A stretch of DNA of 64,000 nucleotides from an uncultured candidate division Zixibacteria bacterium. Lineage in GTDB: Bacteria > Zixibacteria > MSB-5A5 > GN15 > FEB-12. The notes below the pieces were generated by a model. That model was not told the DNA's origin and did not search any database. It saw only the letters and a program-made list of their open reading frames with translations. Where the stretch lies: positions 448,001-512,000 of the forward strand of contig OY760907.1 in the NCBI GenBank assembly GCA_963664195.1, read 5' to 3'. A program made the position numbers and the translations under genes. Positions 19,343-28,704 of this stretch are shown here, in pieces. Numbering within the stretch: position 1 is the first letter of the stretch; each line of letters opens with the position of its first letter.

Positions 19343-20901
19343 TGTATTCTGAAAACGAAAATACCGGGACGGTTTTTCTCGTCGGTGCTGGCCCGGGCGA
19401 CCCGGGTCTCATCACGGTACGCGGATTCAAGCTGCTGCAGGCGTGTGACGTCGTGGTGTATGACAATCTCACTCCCGACGAAATCATCCTCACCCTTCCA
19501 CAGCGAATAGAACGGCGGTATGTCGGGAAAAAAGCGGGAGAGCATTCCCTGCCGCAGGACAAGATTAACGAGTTGCTCGTCAGCTTCGCCAAAGAAGGCA
19601 AATCGGTGGTCCGACTCAAAGGCGGTGACCCGTACGTGTTCGGTCGGGGCGGCGAGGAGGCGCGATTTTTGAAACAGCACGGCGTCTCGTTTGAAATCGT
19701 CCCCGGCGTGACAGCCGGTGTGGCCGGTCCGGCGTATGTCGGCATCCCCACCACGGATCGAGAGAAGTCATCGTTTGTCATGTTCCTTACCGGACACAAA
19801 GCGGCCAACAAAGAGTTTTCCTCGGTGCCGTGGGAGTGGGTCGGGGGCGCAAAGAACGGCACGATTGTTATTTATATGGGGGTCGCAGAACTGCCCGGTA
19901 TCGTTGAGAAACTGCTCGCATCCGGAATGTCGCCCGACACTCCCGCCGCCGCGATTGAGCGGGGCACTTTCCCTACACAACGACTGGTAAAAGCCAGACT
20001 GGCCGACTTGCCGGAGACAGCAAAGACGTCAGGTCTCACCCCCCCATCGCTCTTTGTGATTGGGAACACGGTGGACCTGTCGGAGTCTTTGACCTGGCTG
20101 GACCACAAGCCGCTGTTCGGCCTCCGCGTTCTGATTACCCGTCCCGCTGATCAGGCGGATTGGGTGTACGAAAGCCTTCGTGAGTTGGGCGCCGAGGTGC
20201 TTCCGCATCCGACGATTGCCACCAAACGAGGATTCGACGCGGACGGTTGGGAGAAGGTCAACGCCTGTACGTCGGATGACCGCTGGCTCCTGTTCACAAG
20301 CGAAAACGGCGTGCGCTATTTCTTCGAGCAATGGATGTACGAACAGGGAGATGTTCGCGGACTGGCCAAATACAAGATCGCCGCGGTTGGTGCCGGCACT
20401 GCGCGAGCGCTGGGTCAGATTCACCTGACGCCTGATTTCGTACCGAACAAAGCAACAACGGCTGCTATGGCACAGCAAATGACCGAAGAGCTGCAGCTCA
20501 AAAGCGCGACTGTCGTGCGAGTGCGCGGCAATCTCGCCGATGACCGGGTTGAGGCAGCGCTTGAATCAGCCGGGGCGAACGTCATACCGTTGACCTGCTA
20601 CGAGACTTACACGCCGGAGTGGAGCAGCGAGGCAAAAACGAAACTGTTCGCCTATCCGCCGGACGTCATCATGTTCACGAGCGGCTCGACTGTCTCCGGT
20701 CTGGCAGAAGTACTCTCCGCAGAGGAACTGAGCGAGTTGACAGACGGCACTACCATCGTATCGATTGGCCCGTCGACATCGAAGACAATCGAATCGCATG
20801 GGATGACAGTACATCTCGAAGCGGGCACACACACTATACCGGGTATAATCGAAGAGCTGGTTGCTTATCACAAAGAGAACCCCATGGGGAGGTCGAAATG
20901 A
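19342..20901 (+). CDS. cobA-hemD: Fused uroporphyrinogen-III C-methyltransferase / uroporphyrinogen-III synthase
   Basis: LVGAGPGDPGLIT, RLKGGDPYVFGRGGEE; HemD half ITRP...FTSENGV...FTSGSTV. Confidence 0.93.
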   Translation: MYSENENTGTVFLVGAGPGDPGLITVRGFKLLQACDVVVYDNLTPDEIILTLPQRIERRYVGKKAGEHSLPQDKINELLVSFAKEGKSVVRLKGGDPYVFGRGGEEARFLKQHGVSFEIVPGVTAGVAGPAYVGIPTTDREKSSFVMFLTGHKAANKEFSSVPWEWVGGAKNGTIVIYMGVAELPGIVEKLLASGMSPDTPAAAIERGTFPTQRLVKARLADLPETAKTSGLTPPSLFVIGNTVDLSESLTWLDHKPLFGLRVLITRPADQADWVYESLRELGAEVLPHPTIATKRGFDADGWEKVNACTSDDRWLLFTSENGVRYFFEQWMYEQGDVRGLAKYKIAAVGAGTARALGQIHLTPDFVPNKATTAAMAQQMTEELQLKSATVVRVRGNLADDRVEAALESAGANVIPLTCYETYTPEWSSEAKTKLFAYPPDVIMFTSGSTVSGLAEVLSAEELSELTDGTTIVSIGPSTSKTIESHGMTVHLEAGTHTIPGIIEELVAYHKENPMGRSK

Positions 20902-21899
20902 GTTTTCCGGTAAATCGCGGACGACGGCTCCGTAAGAGCGCAGCCATGCGCAATCTCGTGTGTGAGACGAGGCTGCATCCGGCCGATTTCATCTACCCGA
21001 TTTTTGTAAGTGAGTTGATTGACAGACCGACGCCAATTGAATCGATGCCGGGTATTTCCAATTTTCCCGTGCATCTGGTTGCCGCCGAGGCCGACCGCGC
21101 CTTCAAGCTCGGCATCCCGGGCGTAATTCTGTTTGGCACGCCCGCAAAAAAAGACGCCACCGGCTCCGAATCGCTCAAAAGCGACGGAATCATCCAGCAG
21201 GCGGTGAAAAAGATCAAATCGGCCAATCCAGAAATCCTCGTGATCACCGACGTTTGCCTGTGCGAGTACACCGCTCACGGCCATTGCGGCGTGATCGAAA
21301 ACGACGATGTGGCAAACGACCCGACGCTTGAGATCCTCGCGATGCAGGCGGTGAGTCATGCCGAAGCAGGCGCAGACATGATTGCTCCGTCGGACATGAT
21401 GGACGGTCGGGTGGCAGCGATTCGTGCGGCTTTGGACCTGAAGGGATTCACCAACACGCCGATCATGGCCTATTCCGCAAAATACAGCTCTGCATTCTAC
21501 GGACCGTTCCGTGAGGCTGCCGGTTCCGCACCTCAATTCGGAGATCGACGCACCTACCAGATGGACCCTCCCAACGCCGAGGAAGCAATGCGGGAAATCG
21601 CCTCTGACATCGAGGAGGGCGCAGACATCGTAATGGTCAAGCCGGCGCTGTCGTACCTGGACATCATCGCCGGCGCGAAAGCGAGTTTTGATCTGCCGAT
21701 TGCGGCGTACAACGTCAGTGGTGAATACGCAATGGTCAAGCAGGCGGCCGCCTCTGGAATCGCCGACGAAAAGCGGCTGACACTCGAAATCCTGACCTCG
21801 ATCAAACGGGCCGGGGCCGACATCATAATTTCCTACCACGCTCCACAGGTGGCAGAGTGGCTCGCCGAAGATACGCACACTTCGACAGGATCTGTATAA
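20898..21899 (+). CDS. hemB: Porphobilinogen synthase
   Basis: DVCLCEYTAHGHCG, APSDMMDGRV, YGPFREAA, MVKPAL. Confidence 0.97.
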   Translation: MSFPVNRGRRLRKSAAMRNLVCETRLHPADFIYPIFVSELIDRPTPIESMPGISNFPVHLVAAEADRAFKLGIPGVILFGTPAKKDATGSESLKSDGIIQQAVKKIKSANPEILVITDVCLCEYTAHGHCGVIENDDVANDPTLEILAMQAVSHAEAGADMIAPSDMMDGRVAAIRAALDLKGFTNTPIMAYSAKYSSAFYGPFREAAGSAPQFGDRRTYQMDPPNAEEAMREIASDIEEGADIVMVKPALSYLDIIAGAKASFDLPIAAYNVSGEYAMVKQAAASGIADEKRLTLEILTSIKRAGADIIISYHAPQVAEWLAEDTHTSTGSV

Positions 21900-21925
21900 C
21901 CGGATCGATGGAAGGAATGAACGAT

Positions 21926-23209
21926 ATGAGCGCCGATAGCTCGCAACAACTGTTTGACAAAGCAGCCAGGATCATCCCGGGCGGAGTTAACTCACCGGTG
22001 CGCGCGTTTGGTTCGGTGGGCGGATCACCGTTCATAGCTGAAAAAGGGGAAGGCCCCTGGCTGCATGATGTTGACGGCAACCGGTATGTGGATTACGTGA
22101 TGTCCTGGGGACCGCTGATTCTCGGACATGCCCGCAAGTCAGTTGTTGAAGTCGTGGCAGAAACCGCCAGGCGGGGCATGTCATTTGGAGCACCTACGAG
22201 AAACGAACTTGATCTTGCGGCGCTGGTGCGTGAGCGAATGCCCTGGATCGAAAAGCTCCGGCTGGTATCCTCCGGCACCGAAGCCTGCATGACTGCGGCG
22301 CGTGTAGCTCGCGGTGCCACGGGACGAAGAATCGTGGTCAAGTTCGACGGGGGTTACCACGGTCACTCCGACGGTTTTCTCGTGAAAGCCGGATCAGGTC
22401 TGGCGACCGGGAATCTTCCGGCCAGCGCAGGCGTTCCGGAGGAAATCACCAAAGTCACTGCCTCTCTCCCATTCAACGACATTCCCGTCCTTGAGAAGAC
22501 ATTTGCCGACACGGGAGACGACATCGCAGCGGTGATAGTCGAACCGATTGCGGCCAATATGGGCGTCATCCCCCCCGCCGAAGGTTTTCTTGAGAAGCTG
22601 CGCGAACTGACCGAGAAACACGGCGCGGTATTGATTTTCGACGAAGTGATCACCGGCTTCAGAGTCGCTCCGGGCGGCGCGGCAGAGTTGTTTGGCATCA
22701 AACCGGATCTCGTCTGTCTTGGCAAGATCCTGGGCGGCGGACTTCCGATCGGCGGCGTCGGCGGAAAGGCTGAATTGATGGACAATCTCGCGCCCGTCGG
22801 TTCTGTGTATCAGGCGGGCACGCTCTCCGGCAACCCGCTTTCGACAGCAGCAGGGATTGCAACGCTCCGTGAGCTTGGTGACCCGGGCGTGTATCAACAT
22901 TTGGAGCAGTACGCCGAGGAGTTAACCGGGGCCGTTGCCGAATTGGCGTCGAAGCACGAACAGCCGATACAGATAAATCGCAAAGCAAGCCTGTTCACAC
23001 TGTTCTTTTCCGAATGCGAAGTCACTGATTTTGATTCGGCGCAAGCTGCGGATATGAAACGGTACGCCGAATTCTTCCACAGCCTTCTGAAGCAGGGCGT
23101 GTTTGTGGCACCGTCCGGATTTGAGGCCTGGTTTGTCAGCACTGCCCACACGCGAGTGCAACTGGAACTCACCACTGACGCGATTGAGACATTCGTGCGG
23201 GAATTGTGA
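21926..23209 (+). CDS. hemL: Glutamate-1-semialdehyde 2,1-aminomutase
   Basis: IPGGVNSPVRAF, SSGTEA, YHGHSD, FDEVITGFR, GKILGGG, YQAGTLSGNP; start could be 21908, 21917 or 21926. Confidence 0.96.
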   Translation: MSADSSQQLFDKAARIIPGGVNSPVRAFGSVGGSPFIAEKGEGPWLHDVDGNRYVDYVMSWGPLILGHARKSVVEVVAETARRGMSFGAPTRNELDLAALVRERMPWIEKLRLVSSGTEACMTAARVARGATGRRIVVKFDGGYHGHSDGFLVKAGSGLATGNLPASAGVPEEITKVTASLPFNDIPVLEKTFADTGDDIAAVIVEPIAANMGVIPPAEGFLEKLRELTEKHGAVLIFDEVITGFRVAPGGAAELFGIKPDLVCLGKILGGGLPIGGVGGKAELMDNLAPVGSVYQAGTLSGNPLSTAAGIATLRELGDPGVYQHLEQYAEELTGAVAELASKHEQPIQINRKASLFTLFFSECEVTDFDSAQAADMKRYAEFFHSLLKQGVFVAPSGFEAWFVSTAHTRVQLELTTDAIETFVREL

Positions 23210-23462
23210 TATTGGTGTAGATGAGCACGGCAGACACAGATATCATCAGGACTCCCCCTCGTATGTGCGGTAAGGCGACTCCGCCTGACGACTTCTTCCC
23301 TGCAATCATTGACCGTGGATATGCAGTGTCCCACCGGGCCAAACAAGTTTGACCCGGCCACCCGAACGTCTCCCAAAACAATCCGCTTGCGATGCCGGAC
23401 TATTATATCTAATTTAGGCTGTTGGAAGCAAATGTCTGTGTCTCGAATCGGAGAGTGGAATC

Positions 23463-23825
23463 ATGGCCAAAATCGCGATAGTCGGTTGCAAGAGAGTGCA
23501 GGATCAGTTGTGTATAGCGTGCGCCAAATGTCTCAAGGCGATGCACAAACGTGAGGGCGAATTCGCCCGCTACAAAGAGGACGACGAACTGGAGTTGGTC
23601 GCGCTGGGCAACTGCGGTGACTGCCCGGGGTTGATCATGCCCAAAATCACGTTGATGAACGAAATCAACGGCATTCTTGATCGGGATTTCGACATCATCC
23701 ATCTGGGCACGTGTGTAGTCAAGGCGAAAAAGACCGGCGACTGCCCACTCGATATTGACAAGATCACAAATCTGGTAAAAGTGAATTTCGGCAAAGAGGT
23801 CGTATTCGGCACGCACGATTATTGA
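23463..23825 (+). CDS. CGGC-domain protein (putative metal/Fe-S binding)
   Basis: GC...CIACAKC...GEF..Y...CGDCPG...IHLGTC...CP...GTH pattern. Confidence 0.8.
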   Translation: MAKIAIVGCKRVQDQLCIACAKCLKAMHKREGEFARYKEDDELELVALGNCGDCPGLIMPKITLMNEINGILDRDFDIIHLGTCVVKAKKTGDCPLDIDKITNLVKVNFGKEVVFGTHDY

Positions 23826-23845
23826 TAATTGTTGATGCTTGTGAA

Positions 23846-23878
23846 AAGCCCCTCGACTCTTCATGTGTCGAGGGGCTT
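23846..23878. terminator. Hairpin between convergent genes (likely bidirectional terminator)
   Basis: AAGCCCCTCGAC...GTCGAGGGGCTT. Confidence 0.75.
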
Positions 23879-23905
23879 CCTGTTATCTATTAGAGACGAC
23901 TCAGA

Positions 23906-24343
23906 TCATCCGTACGGATACATGCCGTTCTTGATGCTCTGGAGCTGTTCCAGCAGCTTGTCGTGCTTCTGCTCGTCGATCAGCAGGAAGTTGATCAGAT
24001 ACTCCTGAACGACCATCTTCTTGCCCTTCAGCGCGGCGAGGGCCTCATTGGCGAGTTCCACAGTCTTCTTTTCGAGTTTGATATGCTCTTCGATCATACC
24101 CCAGACATCAGCCAACTCATCCGGGTTGAGCGCTATGGCTTTGGATTCAAGCGAGCTGGCGATCATGTCCTGCACGCGATAGTGCATCTGGGAGTCGCGC
24201 TGAATGATCTCCATAACCGTGCGGACGATCGGGTTTTCGGTCTTCTCGATAACTTTACCCGTCTGCGCGACACCGGCGTTTTCGATTTTCTGCCAGCGGC
24301 GCATGTTGTTTACGATTGCTTCCTGGACTTCTTTAGTCGACAT
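23906..24343 (-). CDS. Ferritin-like four-helix-bundle protein
   Basis: Two repeats with E...DSQMH and E...DEQKH (ExxH-like) motifs; RBS AGGAGG. Confidence 0.65.
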   Translation of the reverse strand: MSTKEVQEAIVNNMRRWQKIENAGVAQTGKVIEKTENPIVRTVMEIIQRDSQMHYRVQDMIASSLESKAIALNPDELADVWGMIEEHIKLEKKTVELANEALAALKGKKMVVQEYLINFLLIDEQKHDKLLEQLQSIKNGMYPYG

Positions 24344-24530
24344 TGCTTTTCCCTCCTGAGGACGAGCTTTGTGTTTCAATCTGTTATAGGTTCTTTTACC
24401 CTACAATCACTGCCGACAACAAATAGTTCCCGGACGGAGTGTTTTTCGGCAAAAAAGAGGGACATCATGCACCATTCTGATCCGCATTGGAGAATTGCCA
24501 CGATTTCCCACTCAAAGCCGAGGACGAAAC

Positions 24531-24824
24531 CTACGGTGTTTCCTTCGGTCTGGTGCAGTCGCCTCGTCTTACGCAAGCCTCATACCGCAACTCACGGACC
24601 CCCTGCTCCAGCCGGGCCATGTGTTCCACCTCGGAGTAGAGCAGCGGGGAAGCATCGATATTGTTCTCCCGGTTGTGCCGCAGGACCTCTCCGAATACGC
24701 CCGGAGGGGTATAGCCCGAAGCGAAAAAGCTCGCAAAGAGAGTCAGAACTGTCAGTCCAGCGAAAAACCGCAGCCACCTTTTGCCGGGACTGTCGGATGT
24801 TGATTGCCGGGTGTTTGATTGCAT
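24531..24824 (-). CDS. Small single-TM hypothetical protein
   Basis: ATG with GGAG RBS directly after the YeiH gene; one hydrophobic helix, IDASPLLYSE motif. Confidence 0.6.
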   Translation of the reverse strand: MQSNTRQSTSDSPGKRWLRFFAGLTVLTLFASFFASGYTPPGVFGEVLRHNRENNIDASPLLYSEVEHMARLEQGVRELRYEACVRRGDCTRPKETP

Positions 24825-24845
24825 GTCTTTTCTCCGCCTCCGATC

Positions 24846-26183
24846 CTAGATGGAATCCTTGAACAGCACCATAAACGCCATGAACGCCACGAGCAGAGTC
24901 AGTCCCAGATTGAACGACTGCCCCACCACATAAAGGAACATCGGTTTGCCCCCCTCCATGCGCTCGGTGAGATCCCTGAAATTCGACTCCAAACCTATTG
25001 ACACAAATGCCAGGCAGAAGAACCAGCCTCGAAGTGTCTTGGTGATCGGGTTTATGAAGGCGTTTTCAACGGCTTCGACTGCACTACCGTCACCGTGCAT
25101 CATCGGAATCACGACGAACGAGAACAGCAGGGACGCCGCCACAAAACCAAGTACGAATTTGGGGAACCGGTACCAGATTTCCATGATATCCGGTCGGGGA
25201 CCGCCCGGCTTACGATCAACCGAGGTCACCCAGTACACAGCGATAATAAAGGCCATCAGACCAATCAGCACGTTTTGTATCATCTTGACAACCGCCGCCA
25301 CCTGCTCCGCCTCGGGACCGAGCACCGACCCGGCCGCCACGACTGCACCGGTGGAGTCGATAGTCCCGCCCATCCAGGCAGCACCGAGAATATGATTCAT
25401 GCCCAGCATCTTGATACCAAGCGGCATGAAAAACATCATGATCACGGTAAAAATGAGCGTCATACCGACACCAAGAGTCAGATCTTCTTTCTTGGCGCGA
25501 CATGCTGCCGCGGCAGCTATCGCCGCAGAAACGCCGCATACGGAAGTTGCACACGCGATAATCATCACGAGAGGCTTGTTTTTCATCTTCAGCGTGCGGA
25601 TGCCAAAGAACCACATGAAGATGACCACTATTGGTGTGACAATCCAGGCAACCATCAGTCCGGGAGGACCGAGTGACAGGATTTTCTCGAAAAGGACTTC
25701 CGCTCCCATGAGCACGAGTCCTGTCTTGATGTACAACTCAGTTTTGGCTCCTGCCTTGAGCCAGGCCGGAGTGCCTACTGTGTTTGAAATGAGCAATCCG
25801 ACCAGCAACGCCCACATCGCATAGCTAAGTCCCCAGTACTTGATGTCCGCCTGATGGGCCACCCAGTAGGAGATGATCGCCAGAATGAAGACCAATGAAA
25901 ACCCCGCCAGGTATCTCCCGACATTGTCGATCTTCATGAACCAGACTCCTATCGACGTCAACAAGGCGAGGCCGACGAGAAGTCCCAACAGCGGTAGCAG
26001 AGTCGTGCCGGTGGCCACACCGTCGCCGAAGACGGTGAACGCGTCGAGCGGGTTGTCTGTCCATTTGCCTACTTTGGGGATATTGGGAATCCAACCGAGA
26101 AATGCCCCGGCAAAGATCAGGAAACCAAACCAGATAGCCCAGTAGTCTTCGTTTTTCCAGAGAGAATCAATACCTTCCTTCAT
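24846..26183 (-). CDS. YeiH/UPF0324-family putative sulfate exporter
   Basis: EDYWAIW, IKTGLVLMGAE, SVCGVSAAIA, WMGGTIDSTGAV, WYRFPKFVLGF. Confidence 0.85.
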   Translation of the reverse strand: MKEGIDSLWKNEDYWAIWFGFLIFAGAFLGWIPNIPKVGKWTDNPLDAFTVFGDGVATGTTLLPLLGLLVGLALLTSIGVWFMKIDNVGRYLAGFSLVFILAIISYWVAHQADIKYWGLSYAMWALLVGLLISNTVGTPAWLKAGAKTELYIKTGLVLMGAEVLFEKILSLGPPGLMVAWIVTPIVVIFMWFFGIRTLKMKNKPLVMIIACATSVCGVSAAIAAAAACRAKKEDLTLGVGMTLIFTVIMMFFMPLGIKMLGMNHILGAAWMGGTIDSTGAVVAAGSVLGPEAEQVAAVVKMIQNVLIGLMAFIIAVYWVTSVDRKPGGPRPDIMEIWYRFPKFVLGFVAASLLFSFVVIPMMHGDGSAVEAVENAFINPITKTLRGWFFCLAFVSIGLESNFRDLTERMEGGKPMFLYVVGQSFNLGLTLLVAFMAFMVLFKDSI

Positions 26184-26309
26184 ACCGCTTTCCCTCGCTG
26201 CAGAAGTTGGCCGGGGCTTAGTTCCCCGAGTCGTGTGATCAATAGTAGTAAGTATAACGTGTTGAATGCCGAGTCGCAATATTAGAGGCTTCGCTTACCT
26301 GCCGACCGT

Positions 26310-27125
26310 TCATTCGGTAAGAATTTCTATCTCTTTGACGTTTTCAACCTCCGAGAGAACCCCTCGTATGTCTCTCTCCCATATCTCGGTACCCATCATC
26401 GGCTGCGGCCCGGTAATCGTAATCTTGCCGGATGCAGGATCCGCTGAGACTTCGAGAGTCATACCTCGAGTTCGCGCCGAGGAAACCAGGTGAGCTTCAA
26501 TATCTGATTTGAAGTGCATTGCCTTCAGCACCTTGGCTATGTCCTCGCTCTGTGAGAATGGCGGTCGATCGACCAATTGCGCCACCAGATCCGTCATTGT
26601 TTCCGTGTTCATGCGAGCCATGTTGAAGATCAAGTCGTAGTTCACCAGATCACCGTATGCGGCACCATATAGGAATCTTACCCAGCGCTCACGTCGACGG
26701 TCCATGTCGGCAATGTACGCCTCGGCTTCTGCTCTCGTCCGACCGGACTCCTCGATGTGCATTTTGATGCGGAATTCAATATCCGCATCGACCCGAATAC
26801 GCAGCAAATCCGGCACTCCGAAGAGCAGATATTGCCCGAGATGGCCGTCGTAAATGAGGTTGTCCTGGACGACGAAGTCCATGAGGGATGCCCGGTAGAC
26901 CGTAAGATAGTGACATCGTTGGGCAACGTGGCGATCCCATAGAGTAGGAGGTTGTTTGCTGAATGTTGCGGAATCCGCAAGTCGCAGTCCCTGGATTCCC
27001 CATCTTTCGGCGTGCTGTATTACTTCTTCCCTTGTCACCCTTCGGTAACCCAGTTTTTCAGCCAACCTCTCGCCGAACCGCTCGGCCGCACGCAACGATC
27101 CGCGTGTGATTGTGATAATAGCCAT
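26310..27125 (-). CDS. Cytidylate-kinase-like family protein with C-terminal BON-like extension
   Basis: IITITRGS...LAEKLGY...LRIRVDA..EFRI...DRRRERWVRFLYG...YDLIFN. Confidence 0.7.
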   Translation of the reverse strand: MAIITITRGSLRAAERFGERLAEKLGYRRVTREEVIQHAERWGIQGLRLADSATFSKQPPTLWDRHVAQRCHYLTVYRASLMDFVVQDNLIYDGHLGQYLLFGVPDLLRIRVDADIEFRIKMHIEESGRTRAEAEAYIADMDRRRERWVRFLYGAAYGDLVNYDLIFNMARMNTETMTDLVAQLVDRPPFSQSEDIAKVLKAMHFKSDIEAHLVSSARTRGMTLEVSADPASGKITITGPQPMMGTEIWERDIRGVLSEVENVKEIEILTE

Positions 27126-27211
27126 CACCAACTCTCCAGTAGACGTTTCCGGGGACCGTGGCAGTTGACAGCCACTGAGCTCCCGTCATACCGGCTGCCC
27201 GCGAATACGAT

Positions 27212-28264
27212 TCACAGCCGCCGGGCCTTGTGTTTTCGTAACCCCATCACCAGACGCACAAGAATAGCCGCCGTCCCTGCCCCGGCGGCCCCCATGACAG
27301 AATACGCGGCAAGAGTACCCAGGAAAGAGGAGTCAAAAAACTCCTGTCCCTGCTTGAAGGCCACCGAGACTCCCGCGACAAGAATCATCAGACCGAACAG
27401 GAGGCGAATTCCATAGCCGCGCACATATCGAGTGGCCAGCACCCCGAATTGGGCCCCGATTGCCGCACCTACCAACATTATCATGGCGGCACTCAGTTCT
27501 GTGCGTCCGGCCAGTGAATAGACAAAACATCCGTACGCCGACATGAAGCAGACGCTCAGCAACGAGGTGCCCACAGCTACAGTAGTGGGACAGCCAACAA
27601 GATAGATCAGAGCCGGCAACAGTATGAAGCCACCCCCGACACCCATGAATCCGGAGAGAAAACCTGTAAGCAGAAAAAGCAGGAAAACCATCCAGAATGA
27701 TATGCTCTCTATTCCCGAGGCAGGAAGGGATATTCTCGGTGGCAAGCTGATTCGGTGGATTCGGCTGGCAATCGGGCTGACTCGTTCGACGGGACCGGTA
27801 GACGGACCTCCTGTCGCTTCTTCTTCACGTTTTTGACGTTTTGCTGCCGTCAAGTAATCGTAGGTCATGTAGGTCCCCAGCCCGATGAGAAATACGATAT
27901 ACACGCAGCGCACGACGTCTCCAACATTGCCGATTTTCTCAAGCATGAGGACCAGCCGTTTGCCGATTTCAATACCGGCCACCGAACCTATCAGTGACAG
28001 CGCCCCCAACCGCCAGTCGACGTTACCCATCTTACTGTGTGCCCTGGTGGCAATGATCGACCTGCCGAATATGTTGGCGAGGTCAGTGCCGATAGCATAG
28101 GCCATGGGGAAACCGAAGATGTTGAGAGCAGGAGTAACGATCCAGGCTCCACCAACGCCGAAGAATCCCCCGAGCGTACCGGCGAAGAAACCGATCGAGA
28201 TCAGGACCAGTATGGAAAAGTCATGCTGGCCTGCTATGGGTAGATCAATCGTCAAGGAACCCAA
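27212..28264 (-). CDS. TauE/SafE-family sulfite exporter
   Basis: Repeated GFFGVGGAWIVTP / GFMGVGGGFILLP motifs, AIGTDL/AVGTSL, H..MGNVDW. Confidence 0.88.
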   Translation of the reverse strand: MGSLTIDLPIAGQHDFSILVLISIGFFAGTLGGFFGVGGAWIVTPALNIFGFPMAYAIGTDLANIFGRSIIATRAHSKMGNVDWRLGALSLIGSVAGIEIGKRLVLMLEKIGNVGDVVRCVYIVFLIGLGTYMTYDYLTAAKRQKREEEATGGPSTGPVERVSPIASRIHRISLPPRISLPASGIESISFWMVFLLFLLTGFLSGFMGVGGGFILLPALIYLVGCPTTVAVGTSLLSVCFMSAYGCFVYSLAGRTELSAAMIMLVGAAIGAQFGVLATRYVRGYGIRLLFGLMILVAGVSVAFKQGQEFFDSSFLGTLAAYSVMGAAGAGTAAILVRLVMGLRKHKARRL

Positions 28265-28302
28265 ATCAAAGCCCCCTTTGCCGGCAGAACCGGCCTCAGC
28301 GA

Positions 28303-28590
28303 TCAGTGTCTTCGCAATCCGGCAATCCGTATCACCAATTCGGTCAACTGCCCCACGATCACGCCAAGCATCGCCATAACAGCGATTACCAACAGCGCAT
28401 ATGCGAGTCGGTGGTCGTTGTAAAGAGTAACCAGAAAATGGCTTAGCCCGGTGTGTCCCTCGGTGGAGATCCTGTCGGTCGTTTCGCCGATGTCTCCGTG
28501 CCCCCCTCCGGCCAGCGCCGGCGCGATTACCAGAGCCGCGATGGCAGACAGCAAAACAAGTACAGCCGACAAGCGAACGCGCTTTGACAT
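28303..28590 (-). CDS. Small membrane protein (DVU0150-like partner of TauE)
   Basis: Signal-like N-terminus, LYND...YALLVIAVMAMLG C-terminal helix; immediately upstream of TauE. Confidence 0.6.
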   Translation of the reverse strand: MSKRVRLSAVLVLLSAIAALVIAPALAGGGHGDIGETTDRISTEGHTGLSHFLVTLYNDHRLAYALLVIAVMAMLGVIVGQLTELVIRIAGLRRH

Positions 28591-28628
28591 ACTCCTACCC
28601 TCTGGATAGGCCACAATACAACAGGTTA

Positions 28629-28650
28629 CCTGCGGACGCGCGTCCGCAGG
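28629..28650 (-). terminator. Hairpin downstream of qmoC (weak terminator or processing site)
   Basis: CCTGCGGACG-cg-CGTCCGCAGG; no clear U-tract on the minus strand. Confidence 0.45.
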
Positions 28651-28704
28651 AAAGCTGTGTATTCAATTCATATCAATCGATGCCCGAGACATCCCGAAAT
28701 CAAT

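Noticed and set aside
23963..24862. 299-aa plus-strand ORF
   Set aside because: Antisense to two better-supported minus-strand genes; no recognisable motifs.
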